A stretch of DNA of 64,000 bases, from positions 1,536,001-1,600,000 of the forward strand of contig OY969474.1 in NCBI GenBank assembly GCA_963700145.1, given 5' to 3'. This document shows positions 36,456 through 46,875 of this stretch, one piece after another. The translations under genes were made by a program, and so were the position numbers. How positions within the stretch are numbered: the first letter of the stretch is position 1; each line of letters opens with the position of its first letter. Below the pieces are notes generated by a model. It made no database searches and was not told the origin of the DNA. It was given only the letters and a program-made list of their open reading frames with translations. This DNA comes from an uncultured Acidobacteriota bacterium (GTDB taxonomy: Bacteria; Acidobacteriota; Thermoanaerobaculia; Multivoradales; UBA5704).

Positions 36456-37673
36456 CTACACCAGCTCGCGCACGAAGTTCCGCGCGCGCCGCAACGTTCC
36501 CGGCCGCCGCCCCGGCCCCTCGCCGCGCTGCGCCACCAGGTGGTAGGCCTGCAGGCGGTCGACGTGAAAGGCGTGGCAGCCGCCCCAGAGGTAGACGCGG
36601 AAAGCGCGGTAGGTCTGCTCCCCCCAGCGCGCCACGATCTCCTCGCGCGCGGCGTCGAAGCGCTCCGCCCAGCCGCGCATGGTCAGCTCGTAGTCGCGGC
36701 TCTCGTTGGCCACCTCCATCACCTTGAAGCCGTGCCAGAGCAGCTCCTGCACGATGTCCTGCACCGCCAGGAAGGTGTGCGTGCCGTGCCAGATGTAGCG
36801 GCGGGTGAAGGCGCTCATCTCGTACTTCTCGTGCGACGCCGAGGCGTCCATGTAGAGCCGCCCGCCCGGGGGCAGGCACTCCCAGGCGCGGGCGCAGAAG
36901 CGACGGTAGGTCGGGATGTGCTCGATGACGCCGTAGATGACGACCGCGTCGTAGGGGCGCTCCGGCCGGTGCTCGAGGAAGTCGCCGCGCAGGACCTCGC
37001 CCGGCAGCCCCTCCTCGCGGTAGAGCCGGGTGAGCCAGGCGTGGGAGTCGGCGGCCAGGGTGAGCGACGTCACCTCGACGCCGCGCGCCCCGCAGTAGCG
37101 GGCGACGCCCCCCCAGCCGGCGCCGATGTCGAGGAGCCGCATCCCGGGCTCGAGCCCGAGCCCGTTCCACATGCACTCCAGCTTGTGCTCGGAGGCCTCT
37201 TCCAGCGATTCGCTCTCGTCGGCGAAGAGGCCGTGCGAGTAGAAGCGCCAGCGGCGGTCGATGAAGGCGTGGTAGAAGTCGTCGCCGTAGCTGTAGTGGC
37301 TGGCGATGGCGCGGCTGTTCATGCGCGTCGCCGAGGCCAGGAAGAGGTTGCGCAGGAAGGCGAGGACGGTGAGGAGGCCGCTGCGGCCGGCGAGCGCCCG
37401 CCGCAGGTCGAGGAGGGCCAGCATGTCTCCCTCGAGGTCCAGCTCCCCCTCGACGTAGGCGCGCCCGAGGGCCATCTCGTCGAGGCCGGCGCGCAGCGGC
37501 CGGTCGGAGTGGAGGACAACGCGGAAGGCCGGCGGGCCGGCGCCGATCGCGATCTCCTCGCCGTCGGCGAAGCGCACCGCGCAGGGCACCCCCGCCCCTT
37601 CGAGGAGGCGCGCCAGCGCCTCGCCCCTGCGGCTGCGGGTCCCTGCGGTCTCGAGCGGCAGCGCGGTGGCCAT
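36456..37673 (-). CDS. Cyclopropane-fatty-acyl-phospholipid synthase-like SAM methyltransferase
   Basis: LGRAYVEG, IASHY..GDDFY, YSHG.F, LLDIGAGWGG, IEHI, RRYI, DYELT...W. Confidence 0.88.
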   Translation of the reverse strand: MATALPLETAGTRSRRGEALARLLEGAGVPCAVRFADGEEIAIGAGPPAFRVVLHSDRPLRAGLDEMALGRAYVEGELDLEGDMLALLDLRRALAGRSGLLTVLAFLRNLFLASATRMNSRAIASHYSYGDDFYHAFIDRRWRFYSHGLFADESESLEEASEHKLECMWNGLGLEPGMRLLDIGAGWGGVARYCGARGVEVTSLTLAADSHAWLTRLYREEGLPGEVLRGDFLEHRPERPYDAVVIYGVIEHIPTYRRFCARAWECLPPGGRLYMDASASHEKYEMSAFTRRYIWHGTHTFLAVQDIVQELLWHGFKVMEVANESRDYELTMRGWAERFDAAREEIVARWGEQTYRAFRVYLWGGCHAFHVDRLQAYHLVAQRGEGPGRRPGTLRRARNFVRELV

Positions 37674-37683
37674 GCTCTCTCCT

Positions 37684-38472
37684 CTAGGCGGTCGCTTCGG
37701 CCGGCTCCTCGAAGCCGGGCGGCAGCGGCGACGGCCGGATCGGCGTCCCCCGCAGCACCCGCACCGCGAACCAGTAGCCGGGGTCGAAGCGGCGCGGCCG
37801 GAAGGTCGGGCTCGACGGGTGGCGGTGGTGGTAGTTGTGCCCCAGCGGCTCGCCCCCCATCAAGTAGGCGAGGCAGGTCAGCAGCGGCCCCGCGGCGTCG
37901 GTGCCGAGGTTGCGGTACGGCCGCTCCCCCCAGGTGTGGCCGACCGCGTTGACGTAGCCGCTCAGCAGCATGTAGGGCACGATGCGGGCGAACCAGAAGG
38001 CCAGCCAGGCGGGCCCGGCGAGGATCGAGAGCCCGAGCTGGAGGTAGAAGTTGGCGTAGGAGACGGCCTTGCCGTCGAGCCACCGCAGCACCCGCTCGTC
38101 GCGGAAAGCGCGCAGGTAGCGCTCCTCGGCGAAGCGGCGGTGCTCCCGCGCCCAGCGGGTGACGTAGTACCAGGTGAGGAGCATGACGCTCCACACCCCC
38201 TTCTCGCACGGGGCGTGGGGGTCGTCCTCGGTGTCGGAGTTGGCGTGGTGGTGGCGGTGCGCCGCGATCCAGGTCAGCGGCGGCACGCACGCCGTCAGCC
38301 AGAGCCAGGCCGCGACCGTGCGGTTGAACCACGGCGGGTAGCGGATCGCGCCGTGGCAGAGGCCGCGGTGGAGCACCGCCGAGGTCAGGTACTGGTTGAG
38401 CTCGCAGACGACGAACCCGAGCAGCGCGCCCAGGGCCACGCCCGTCCAGGAAAAGGAGGTCCAAGCGTCCAT
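37684..38472 (-). CDS. Membrane fatty-acid desaturase (delta-9-like)
   Basis: Three His boxes HRGLCH, HRHHH (followed by SDTEDDPH), HNYHH; GEP. Confidence 0.9.
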   Translation of the reverse strand: MDAWTSFSWTGVALGALLGFVVCELNQYLTSAVLHRGLCHGAIRYPPWFNRTVAAWLWLTACVPPLTWIAAHRHHHANSDTEDDPHAPCEKGVWSVMLLTWYYVTRWAREHRRFAEERYLRAFRDERVLRWLDGKAVSYANFYLQLGLSILAGPAWLAFWFARIVPYMLLSGYVNAVGHTWGERPYRNLGTDAAGPLLTCLAYLMGGEPLGHNYHHRHPSSPTFRPRRFDPGYWFAVRVLRGTPIRPSPLPPGFEEPAEATA

Positions 38473-38568
38473 GCAGGGTCCCCCAGAAAAGGAGAGGTCC
38501 AAACTCTATACGGCCGCCGTGCGGCAAGTCCACCGCATCGGCTAGGCTGGCGCCGGGAGGAGAGCGGC

Positions 38569-39054
38569 ATGGCGCGCGCGCGACGCTACTGGCTGATGAA
38601 GGTCGAGCCCGGGACCTACGCGATCGAGGACCTGGAACGCGACGGCACCACCTCCTGGGAGGGGGTGCGGAACTTCCAGGCGCGCAACCTCCTGCGCGAC
38701 GAGATCCAGCCGGGGGACCTCGTCCTCTTCTACGCCTCGAGCGCCGATCCCTCCGGCGTCACCGGCATCGCGGAGGTGGCCCGCGGCGGCTACCCCGACC
38801 CCTTCCAGTTCCGCAAGGGGCACGACTACTTCGACCTCAAGAGCCGGCCCGAGGAGCCGACCTGGTACGCCGTCGACCTCCGCTTCGTCGAGCGCTTCCC
38901 GGCGATCGTGCCGCTCGAGCGGCTCAAGGAGACGCCGGGGCTCGAGAAGATGATGGTGACCCGCAAGGGGGCGCGGCTCTCCGTCCAGCCGGTGGCGCGC
39001 GTGGAGTTCGAGATCGTCCGCCGGCTCGGCCGCGGCCAGTCGTCCGGTCCCTAA
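38569..39054 (+). CDS. EVE domain protein
   Basis: YWLMK.EP, WEGVRNFQARN, GDLVLFY, RLSVQPV; RBS GGGAGG. Confidence 0.92.
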   Translation: MARARRYWLMKVEPGTYAIEDLERDGTTSWEGVRNFQARNLLRDEIQPGDLVLFYASSADPSGVTGIAEVARGGYPDPFQFRKGHDYFDLKSRPEEPTWYAVDLRFVERFPAIVPLERLKETPGLEKMMVTRKGARLSVQPVARVEFEIVRRLGRGQSSGP

Positions 39055-39061
39055 AAGCGAA

Positions 39062-39088
39062 GGGGGCCCGGCGTCGCCGCCGGGCCCC
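39062..39088. terminator. GC hairpin between convergent genes
   Basis: GGGGCCCGGCG-TCGC-CGCCGGGCCCC. Confidence 0.55.
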
Positions 39089-39113
39089 GCACCGCCCGCG
39101 AGAGCGGTGTGCT

Positions 39114-41120
39114 CTAGTCGAAGGTCAGCTCCCGCCGCGCCAGCTCCATCATGATCAGCGCCCGGTTCACCAGGATGTCCCGCTGCGGCTTGCTGTTGGT
39201 GTGCGCCGCATCCTGCAGCCGCAGGAAGGCACGCGACAGGCGGAACGCGGCAAAGCGGTGGAGCCGCCGCTCCTGCAGCACCTGATGGCCGTCCTGGGCG
39301 TCGAAGGAGGCGAGCTCGGCCAGCCGCTGGGCGGTCGCCCTGTCGGTCTCCTCGAGGGCCGCTTGGGCGACTCCCGACGCCGAGCGTATGTTCTCGAGCG
39401 CGTTCATCACCCGCAGGAAGGCGGCGACGTGCTCGACCTCGGTGGTCTCCAGGTGGATCGCCAGGCCTCCGGCCAGCGAGCCCGCGAAGGCGTCGCTGTT
39501 GTAGAAGTCGACCGACTCCTCGACCGTCTGTACGGCGTGGTCGTGGAAGAACGGGCCGGTGTCCACCGCCTCGATCGCCGCCTGGCTGTTGAAGCGGCGC
39601 ATGTTGCCGTCCTCCACCGGGTCGAAGTCGCCGAAGCCCAGGAACTCGCCGGTCACCGTGTCGAAGAGCGGCGTCCTGCCGAAGCCGCCGTCCGGCGGCA
39701 GGCCGCCGGGCACCAGCAGGTTGGCCGGGTGGTCGGGCAGCTTCCCGATGCCGATGTCGAAGTTGCGGTTGGTGTCGTCCGGTCCGTTGGCGCCGGCGTT
39801 GATGTGACAGAAGGTGCACTGCGACTTCTCGGAGAGGAAGAGCTGCCGCCCCTTCTCCGGGACCGCCCCCTTGAGCCGCAGGGCCTCGATGTCCGGGAAG
39901 TCCTGGCGCCCGATGGCGAGCGAAAAGGCCTCGAGAGCGTCCAGCTCGGCGTCTGTGGGGAGGCGGAAGTCGGTCCCCACCACGCGGCCGAGCGTCTTGG
40001 TCATGTGCTGGGTGATGGCGCCGATCGGGAACTCGCGCAGCGTGCCGCTGCCCGGAGCGCCGTCGCCCCCCCATCCGAGGCGCTGGTTGGGCGGCGTCGC
40101 CTGGTTGCCCGGCACCAGGTAACGCGACAGCCCCAAGAGGTGGGGCACGGCGCGCATGACGAACTTGTTGTTGATGTCCTCGAAGCCGTCGGCGTTGACC
40201 CGGATCAGGCCCAGCTCGCGCAGCAGGATCGCGTCTTCCAGCCGGTCGAGCACCGGGATGTTGCTGGAGACGAAGAGCGGGTCGTTGGCCGGCAGCTTGG
40301 CGATGAAGTCTGGGTCGATGGTGAAGTTGTTCTCGGCCACGTGGCAGGTGTCGCAGGTGCGGCCGTTGCCGGCGAACGCCTCGTTGAAGAAGAGGTTGGC
40401 TCCCTGGGCCACCAGCGGATCGAGGCTGTTGAAGATGGAGTCGGCAAAGGCGGGGCGGGGCGAGAAGAGCGCGGCCACCGCCGTCGGCAGGTGGCTCGGG
40501 CCGAGCTGCGGCTTGCGCTCGCGGCGGTAGACCCGCTGGAACAGGGTGGGTGCGCCGTTGAGCAGCAGCGCCTTGTCCGGGCTGCTGCCGGCGGGCGTGA
40601 CCGCCACCACGTCCACGTCGAACCTCTCGAACAGGCTTGGCGGCACCTGAGCGACCAGCTTTGCCCGGTCTCCGGCGCGGCGCAAGGTCCCCAGACGGTG
40701 CATGCGGTCCCCGCGCTCGGGCATGGCGCTCATGCCCGGGCCGTCCTGGTTGTCCACCAGCCAGACCTCCCAGGCACCGGGGGAGGTCAGCTTCTCCACC
40801 TCGACCCGCACGAACCCGTTCACCAGGTCGAGGCGAGCGAGGCCGGTCGCCGCGGTGTTCTCGATCGAGAAACCGTTCGACCAGCCGAGGGCGATGACTA
40901 GGTTACGGTCGCCGCCCCCCTGCTCGAAGCTCGCACGCCACGTGCGGTAGGCCGAGTTAAGGGCCTGCGCGCTGGCGAGGCGGGCCTCCGGCACCGCACC
41001 GAGCCTCCCCGGCTCGGTCGCTACCAGGAACAGGGCCAGGGGCGGCCCCAGAGCGGCAACCGCAAGCAAGATGACCAACACCCTGCTCTTCAGCTTCGAC
41101 GTTGCTCCTTTCCGCGACAT
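39114..41120 (-). CDS. Di-heme cytochrome c (bCcP/MauG-like) with N-terminal anchor and extra domain
   Basis: CDTCH and CTFCH; LFF.E.F.GNGRTC, TGPFFHD; N-terminal TM. Confidence 0.8.
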   Translation of the reverse strand: MSRKGATSKLKSRVLVILLAVAALGPPLALFLVATEPGRLGAVPEARLASAQALNSAYRTWRASFEQGGGDRNLVIALGWSNGFSIENTAATGLARLDLVNGFVRVEVEKLTSPGAWEVWLVDNQDGPGMSAMPERGDRMHRLGTLRRAGDRAKLVAQVPPSLFERFDVDVVAVTPAGSSPDKALLLNGAPTLFQRVYRRERKPQLGPSHLPTAVAALFSPRPAFADSIFNSLDPLVAQGANLFFNEAFAGNGRTCDTCHVAENNFTIDPDFIAKLPANDPLFVSSNIPVLDRLEDAILLRELGLIRVNADGFEDINNKFVMRAVPHLLGLSRYLVPGNQATPPNQRLGWGGDGAPGSGTLREFPIGAITQHMTKTLGRVVGTDFRLPTDAELDALEAFSLAIGRQDFPDIEALRLKGAVPEKGRQLFLSEKSQCTFCHINAGANGPDDTNRNFDIGIGKLPDHPANLLVPGGLPPDGGFGRTPLFDTVTGEFLGFGDFDPVEDGNMRRFNSQAAIEAVDTGPFFHDHAVQTVEESVDFYNSDAFAGSLAGGLAIHLETTEVEHVAAFLRVMNALENIRSASGVAQAALEETDRATAQRLAELASFDAQDGHQVLQERRLHRFAAFRLSRAFLRLQDAAHTNSKPQRDILVNRALIMMELARRELTFD

Positions 41121-41280
41121 GGGATTCCCTCCAGGGTGACCCCTGGGCAGGGGAGACTGCGGGACACCCGTCCGGCCGGGCGGCGACGCAAAGTCGCCCT
41201 GAACAGGGGAGCAGCTATTGTGGAAGTGTAGTGGAAAAGTCGTTCCGGGACGCCCCCCGAAAGTCGCTGGAAGGGACGAA

Positions 41281-43203
<1,923 letters not shown>

Positions 43204-43225
43204 CGTGCGGCGGGAGACTGTAGCA

Positions 43226-43475
43226 CGCGGTACGAGACGCTGGTCCCGCGGTACGAGACGCTGGTCCCGCGGTACGAGCTGGTCCCGCGGTACCGGGCGC
43301 TTGGTACCGCGGTACGAGGCGCTCGTACCGTGGTACCAGGCGCTCGTACTGCGGTACCTGACGCTCGTACTGCGGTACCGGCCGCTCGTACCGCGGTACC
43401 AGGCGCTCGTACCGCGGTACCGGCCACTCGCACCACGGTACGCGGCGCTGGTACTGCGGTACGAGGCGCCGGTCC
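43226..43475. repeat. Tandem array of about 12 x 21-bp units built on palindrome GTACCGCGGTAC
   Basis: Units such as CGCGGTACGAGACGCTGGTCC and CGCGGTACCAGGCGCTCGTAC; one 18-bp and one 22-bp unit; fills most of the divergent speA/glnS gap. Confidence 0.93.
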
Positions 43476-43512
43476 TGTGGTTCGGGATAGCCTTTCCCGT
43501 CCCGGAGAGCCT

Positions 43513-45834
43513 ATGAAGCCCGACCCCGCCCCTACGCCGAGCGCCGCCGCGCGCGACGACTTCATCCGCGAGATCGCGCGCGCCGACCTCGCCGCCGGCA
43601 AGCACGGCGGCCGCGTCGCGACGCGCTTCCCGCCGGAGCCGAACGGCTACCTCCACATCGGCCACGCCAAGTCGATCTGCCTCAACTTCGGCGTCGCCCG
43701 CGAGCTCGGCGGGACGTGCAACCTGCGGATGGACGACACCAACCCGGAGACCGAGGACCTCGAGTACGTCGAGGCGATCCAGGACGACGTCCGCTGGCTG
43801 GGGTTCGAGTGGGACGGAATGTTCTACGCCTCCGACTATTTCGAGCCTCTCTACGACGTCGCCGTGCAGCTCGTGCGCGACAGCAGGGCCTACGTCGACG
43901 AGCTGTCGGAAGACGAGATCCGCGCCTACCGCGGCACCGTCACCGAGCCGGGGCGGGAGAGCCCGTGGCGCGACCGGCCGGCGGCGGAGAGCCTGGCGCT
44001 CCTCGAGCGCATGCGGCGCGGCGAGCTGGCCGACGGCTCGTGTGTGCTGCGCGCCAAGATCGACATGGCGGCCGAGAACATGAAGATGCGGGACCCCCTC
44101 CTCTACCGCATCCGCCGCGACACCGAGCACTACCGGCGCGGCCGCGAGTGGCCTATCTACCCGCTCTACGACTTCGCGCATGGCCTTTCCGACGCCTTCG
44201 AGGGCATCACCCACTCGCTCTGCACCCTGGAGTTCGAGAACAACCGCCAGCTCTACGACTGGCTGCTCGCCGCCGCCCGCATCCCGGACCCGCCGCAGCA
44301 GATCGAGTTCGCGCGCCTGGTCCTCAACTACACCGTGCTCTCGAAGCGCAAGCTCCTCCAGCTCGTCGAGGAGGGGCTCGTCGCCGGCTGGGACGACCCG
44401 CGGATGCCGACGCTGCGCGGCCTGCGCCGCCGCGGCTACACGCCGGAGGCGATCCGCGCCTTCTGCGACGCGATCGGCGTCACCAAGGCGCAGACGGTGG
44501 TGGACGTCGCCCACCTCGAGCACGCGGTGCGCGACGACCTCAACGCCAAGGCGCCGCGCGTCCTCGCCGTGCTGCGGCCGCTGCGCGTCGTCGTCGAGAG
44601 CTGGCCGGAGGGGCAGGTCGAGACACTCGACGCGCCGTCCTTCCCGCGCGAGATCCCGCGCGACGAGTCGCGCCCGCTGCCCTTCGAGCGCGAGCTCTAC
44701 ATCGAGCGCGACGACTTCGCGGAAGCGCCGCCCAAGGGGTACAAGCGCCTCGCCCCGGGCCGGCGCGTGCGGCTCCGCCACGCTTACGTCGTCGAGTGCC
44801 GCGAGGTCGTCAAGGACGCGGCGGGCGAGGTCGTCGCGCTGCGCTGCGTCCACGACCCGGCCTCGCTCGATCCCGGCGCCGACGCCGGCAAGGTCGCGGG
44901 GACGATCCACTGGGTGCCGGCCTCGCGCGCGCTGCCGGCCGAGGTGCGGCTCTACGACCGCCTCTTCTCCGACCCCGAGCCCGACGGCGGCAAGAGCGGG
45001 CCGGACTTCCGCGCCTTCCTGAACCCGGACTCGCTGCGCGTGGTCGAGGGGGCCCTGGTCGAGCCGAGCCTCGCCGGCGCGCGGCCCGGCGACCGCTTCC
45101 AGTTCGAGCGCCACGGCTACTTCGCCGTCGATCCCGACGCGACGGCGGAGCGGCTGGTCTTCAACCGGATCGTGCCGCTGCGGGACACCTGGACGAAGCG
45201 GGCGGCGGAGGGGGAGGCGCCCGCGGCCGCCAAGGCGCCGGCCGCCTCAACGGGCGCCGACAGAGTCGAGAAGGAGATCGCCGTCGAGGATGTCGCGCCC
45301 GCGGCCCGCGACCGCTTCCTCCGCTTCCGCGACGAGCTCGGCCTCCTCCCCCACGAGGCGCGGACCGTGGCCGAGGACGAGTCGCACAGCCGCCTCTTCG
45401 AGGAGGCCGCCGCCGCCGGCGCCGCACCGCGCGCCGCCGCCGCGTGGATCGCCAACGACCTCGTCCGCGAGCTGCGCGCCCGCGACCTCACGGCGCCCCC
45501 CTTCGCCGGCGCCGCGCTGGCCGAGCTGGTTGCCCTCGTCGAGGCCGGCGAGGTGACCACCACCGCAGCCCGCGAGGTCTTCGCCGCGATGGTCGCCGGG
45601 GAGGCCGGCCCGCGGGCGATCGTCGCCGCCCGCGGCTTGGGAGCCCTCGCCGGCGAGGCAGCCCTCGCCCCCCACGTCGAGTCCGTCCTCACCGCCCACC
45701 CGGCCCAGGTCGAAGCCTACCGAGCCGGCAAGACCGCCCTCCTGAGCTTCTTCGTCGGCCAAGTCATGAAGGCGACCGGCGGCCGCGCCGACGCTGTGGA
45801 AGTGCGTGAGCTCGTTGCAAAGCGGATGGAGTGA
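43513..45834 (+). CDS. glnS: Glutamine--tRNA ligase fused to C-terminal GatB/YqeY domain
   Basis: TRFPPEPNGYLHIGHAK, HSLCTLEF, LSKRKL, WDDPRMPT, FQFERHGYF; C-terminus YRAGK..LLSFFVGQVMK.TGGRA. Confidence 0.97.
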   Translation: MKPDPAPTPSAAARDDFIREIARADLAAGKHGGRVATRFPPEPNGYLHIGHAKSICLNFGVARELGGTCNLRMDDTNPETEDLEYVEAIQDDVRWLGFEWDGMFYASDYFEPLYDVAVQLVRDSRAYVDELSEDEIRAYRGTVTEPGRESPWRDRPAAESLALLERMRRGELADGSCVLRAKIDMAAENMKMRDPLLYRIRRDTEHYRRGREWPIYPLYDFAHGLSDAFEGITHSLCTLEFENNRQLYDWLLAAARIPDPPQQIEFARLVLNYTVLSKRKLLQLVEEGLVAGWDDPRMPTLRGLRRRGYTPEAIRAFCDAIGVTKAQTVVDVAHLEHAVRDDLNAKAPRVLAVLRPLRVVVESWPEGQVETLDAPSFPREIPRDESRPLPFERELYIERDDFAEAPPKGYKRLAPGRRVRLRHAYVVECREVVKDAAGEVVALRCVHDPASLDPGADAGKVAGTIHWVPASRALPAEVRLYDRLFSDPEPDGGKSGPDFRAFLNPDSLRVVEGALVEPSLAGARPGDRFQFERHGYFAVDPDATAERLVFNRIVPLRDTWTKRAAEGEAPAAAKAPAASTGADRVEKEIAVEDVAPAARDRFLRFRDELGLLPHEARTVAEDESHSRLFEEAAAAGAAPRAAAAWIANDLVRELRARDLTAPPFAGAALAELVALVEAGEVTTTAAREVFAAMVAGEAGPRAIVAARGLGALAGEAALAPHVESVLTAHPAQVEAYRAGKTALLSFFVGQVMKATGGRADAVEVRELVAKRME

Positions 45835-45835
45835 G

Positions 45836-46381
45836 GCCTCGGGAAGCTTCCCGTCCTCCTCCGGAAGCTTCCCGCCCGCATCCGGAAGCTTCCCGACCGC
45901 CTCCGGAGGCTTCCCTGCCGCCTCCGGAGGCTTCCCGGCCGCCTCCGGAAGCTTCCCGGCCACCTCCGGAAGCTTCCCGGCCGCCTCCGGAAGCTTCCCG
46001 GCCACCTCCGGAAGCTTCCCGACCGCCTCCGGAAGCTTCCCGCCCGCCTCCGGAAGCTTCCCGCCCGCCTCCGGAAGCTTCCCGTCCGCCTCCGGAAGCT
46101 TCCCGGCCGCCTCCGGAAGCTTCCCGTCCGCCTCCGGAAGCTTCCCGGCCGCCTCCGGAAGCTTCCCGGCCGCCCCCGCAAGCTTCCCGACCGCCCCCGG
46201 AGGCTTCCCGGCCACCTCCGGAGGCTTCCCGGTCACCTCCGGAAGCCTCCCGGCCGCCTCCGGAAGCCTCCCGGCCGCCTCCGGAAGCTTCCCGGCCGCT
46301 TCCGGAAGCTTCCCGTCCACGTCCGGAGCTTCCCCGCCGCCTCCGGAAGCTTCCCTTTCGCCTCGGGAAGCTTCCTCCGGA
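45836..46381. repeat. Tandem array of about 26 x 21-bp units, consensus GCCTCCGGAAGCTTCCCGGCC
   Basis: Starts immediately after the glnS stop; core palindrome GGAAGCTTCC; no unique spacers. Confidence 0.96.
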
Positions 46382-46492
46382 CCTGCGGTCGTCTCTTCAG
46401 GGCTCGGGAGCGCAACGCAGCCGCACGCGAAGGTTAACGAGGAAGGGGCCGAGATAAACACACATCAAGCCGTGCGACAATGCCGGTGCGCT

Positions 46493-46831
46493 ATGAGGAA
46501 AAAGGCTGATCACAAGAGGGTCGACAGCGATCGGGACACGATGCGTCCGGAGTACGACTTCTCTGGTGCTGCCCGCGGAGCAACGTCAGCTAGGTACGCC
46601 GAAGGCACGACTGTGGCGGTGGTCGCATCAGAGGTTCTCGACGCCTTCCCCGCCGAAGAACAGAAGAAGGACGACCTCCGCCCGGAGTACCACCTCGACT
46701 ACGCCCAGGCGAAACCGAACCGGTTTGCGAGTGAGTTGAGCCGGGATTCCGCTACCGTCGTTCTGCAGCCCGGTGCGGCTGCCACTACCCGGCGAAGGTC
46801 TAGACGCCCGCGCCCGCCCGAGAATGGCTAG
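46493..46831 (+). CDS. BrnA-like antitoxin-type small protein with duplicated motif
   Basis: DTMRPEYDFSGA.RG...RYAEGT.V.VV...V..AFP, then DDLRPEYHLDY..AKPNRFA...VVLQP. Confidence 0.55.
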   Translation: MRKKADHKRVDSDRDTMRPEYDFSGAARGATSARYAEGTTVAVVASEVLDAFPAEEQKKDDLRPEYHLDYAQAKPNRFASELSRDSATVVLQPGAAATTRRRSRRPRPPENG

Positions 46832-46875
46832 GAGGTCGGTTCACCGTCGTGCACCGGTTCGTCCCGCCGCTCGCA

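Noticed and set aside
38569-39054. EVE protein as part of a modification-dependent restriction system
   Set aside because: Stand-alone EVE with no fused or adjacent nuclease; this is the common form.
41160-41220. c-di-GMP-I riboswitch-like stretch (stem followed by GACGCAAAG)
   Set aside because: On the strand opposite to the downstream gene; no GNRA loop and no convincing P3/receptor. An Infernal search with the Rfam c-di-GMP-I model would settle it.
43226-46381. The two arrays as CRISPR arrays
   Set aside because: Units are head-to-tail 21-mers with only a few variable bases; no unique 25-45-bp spacers and no cas genes in the window.
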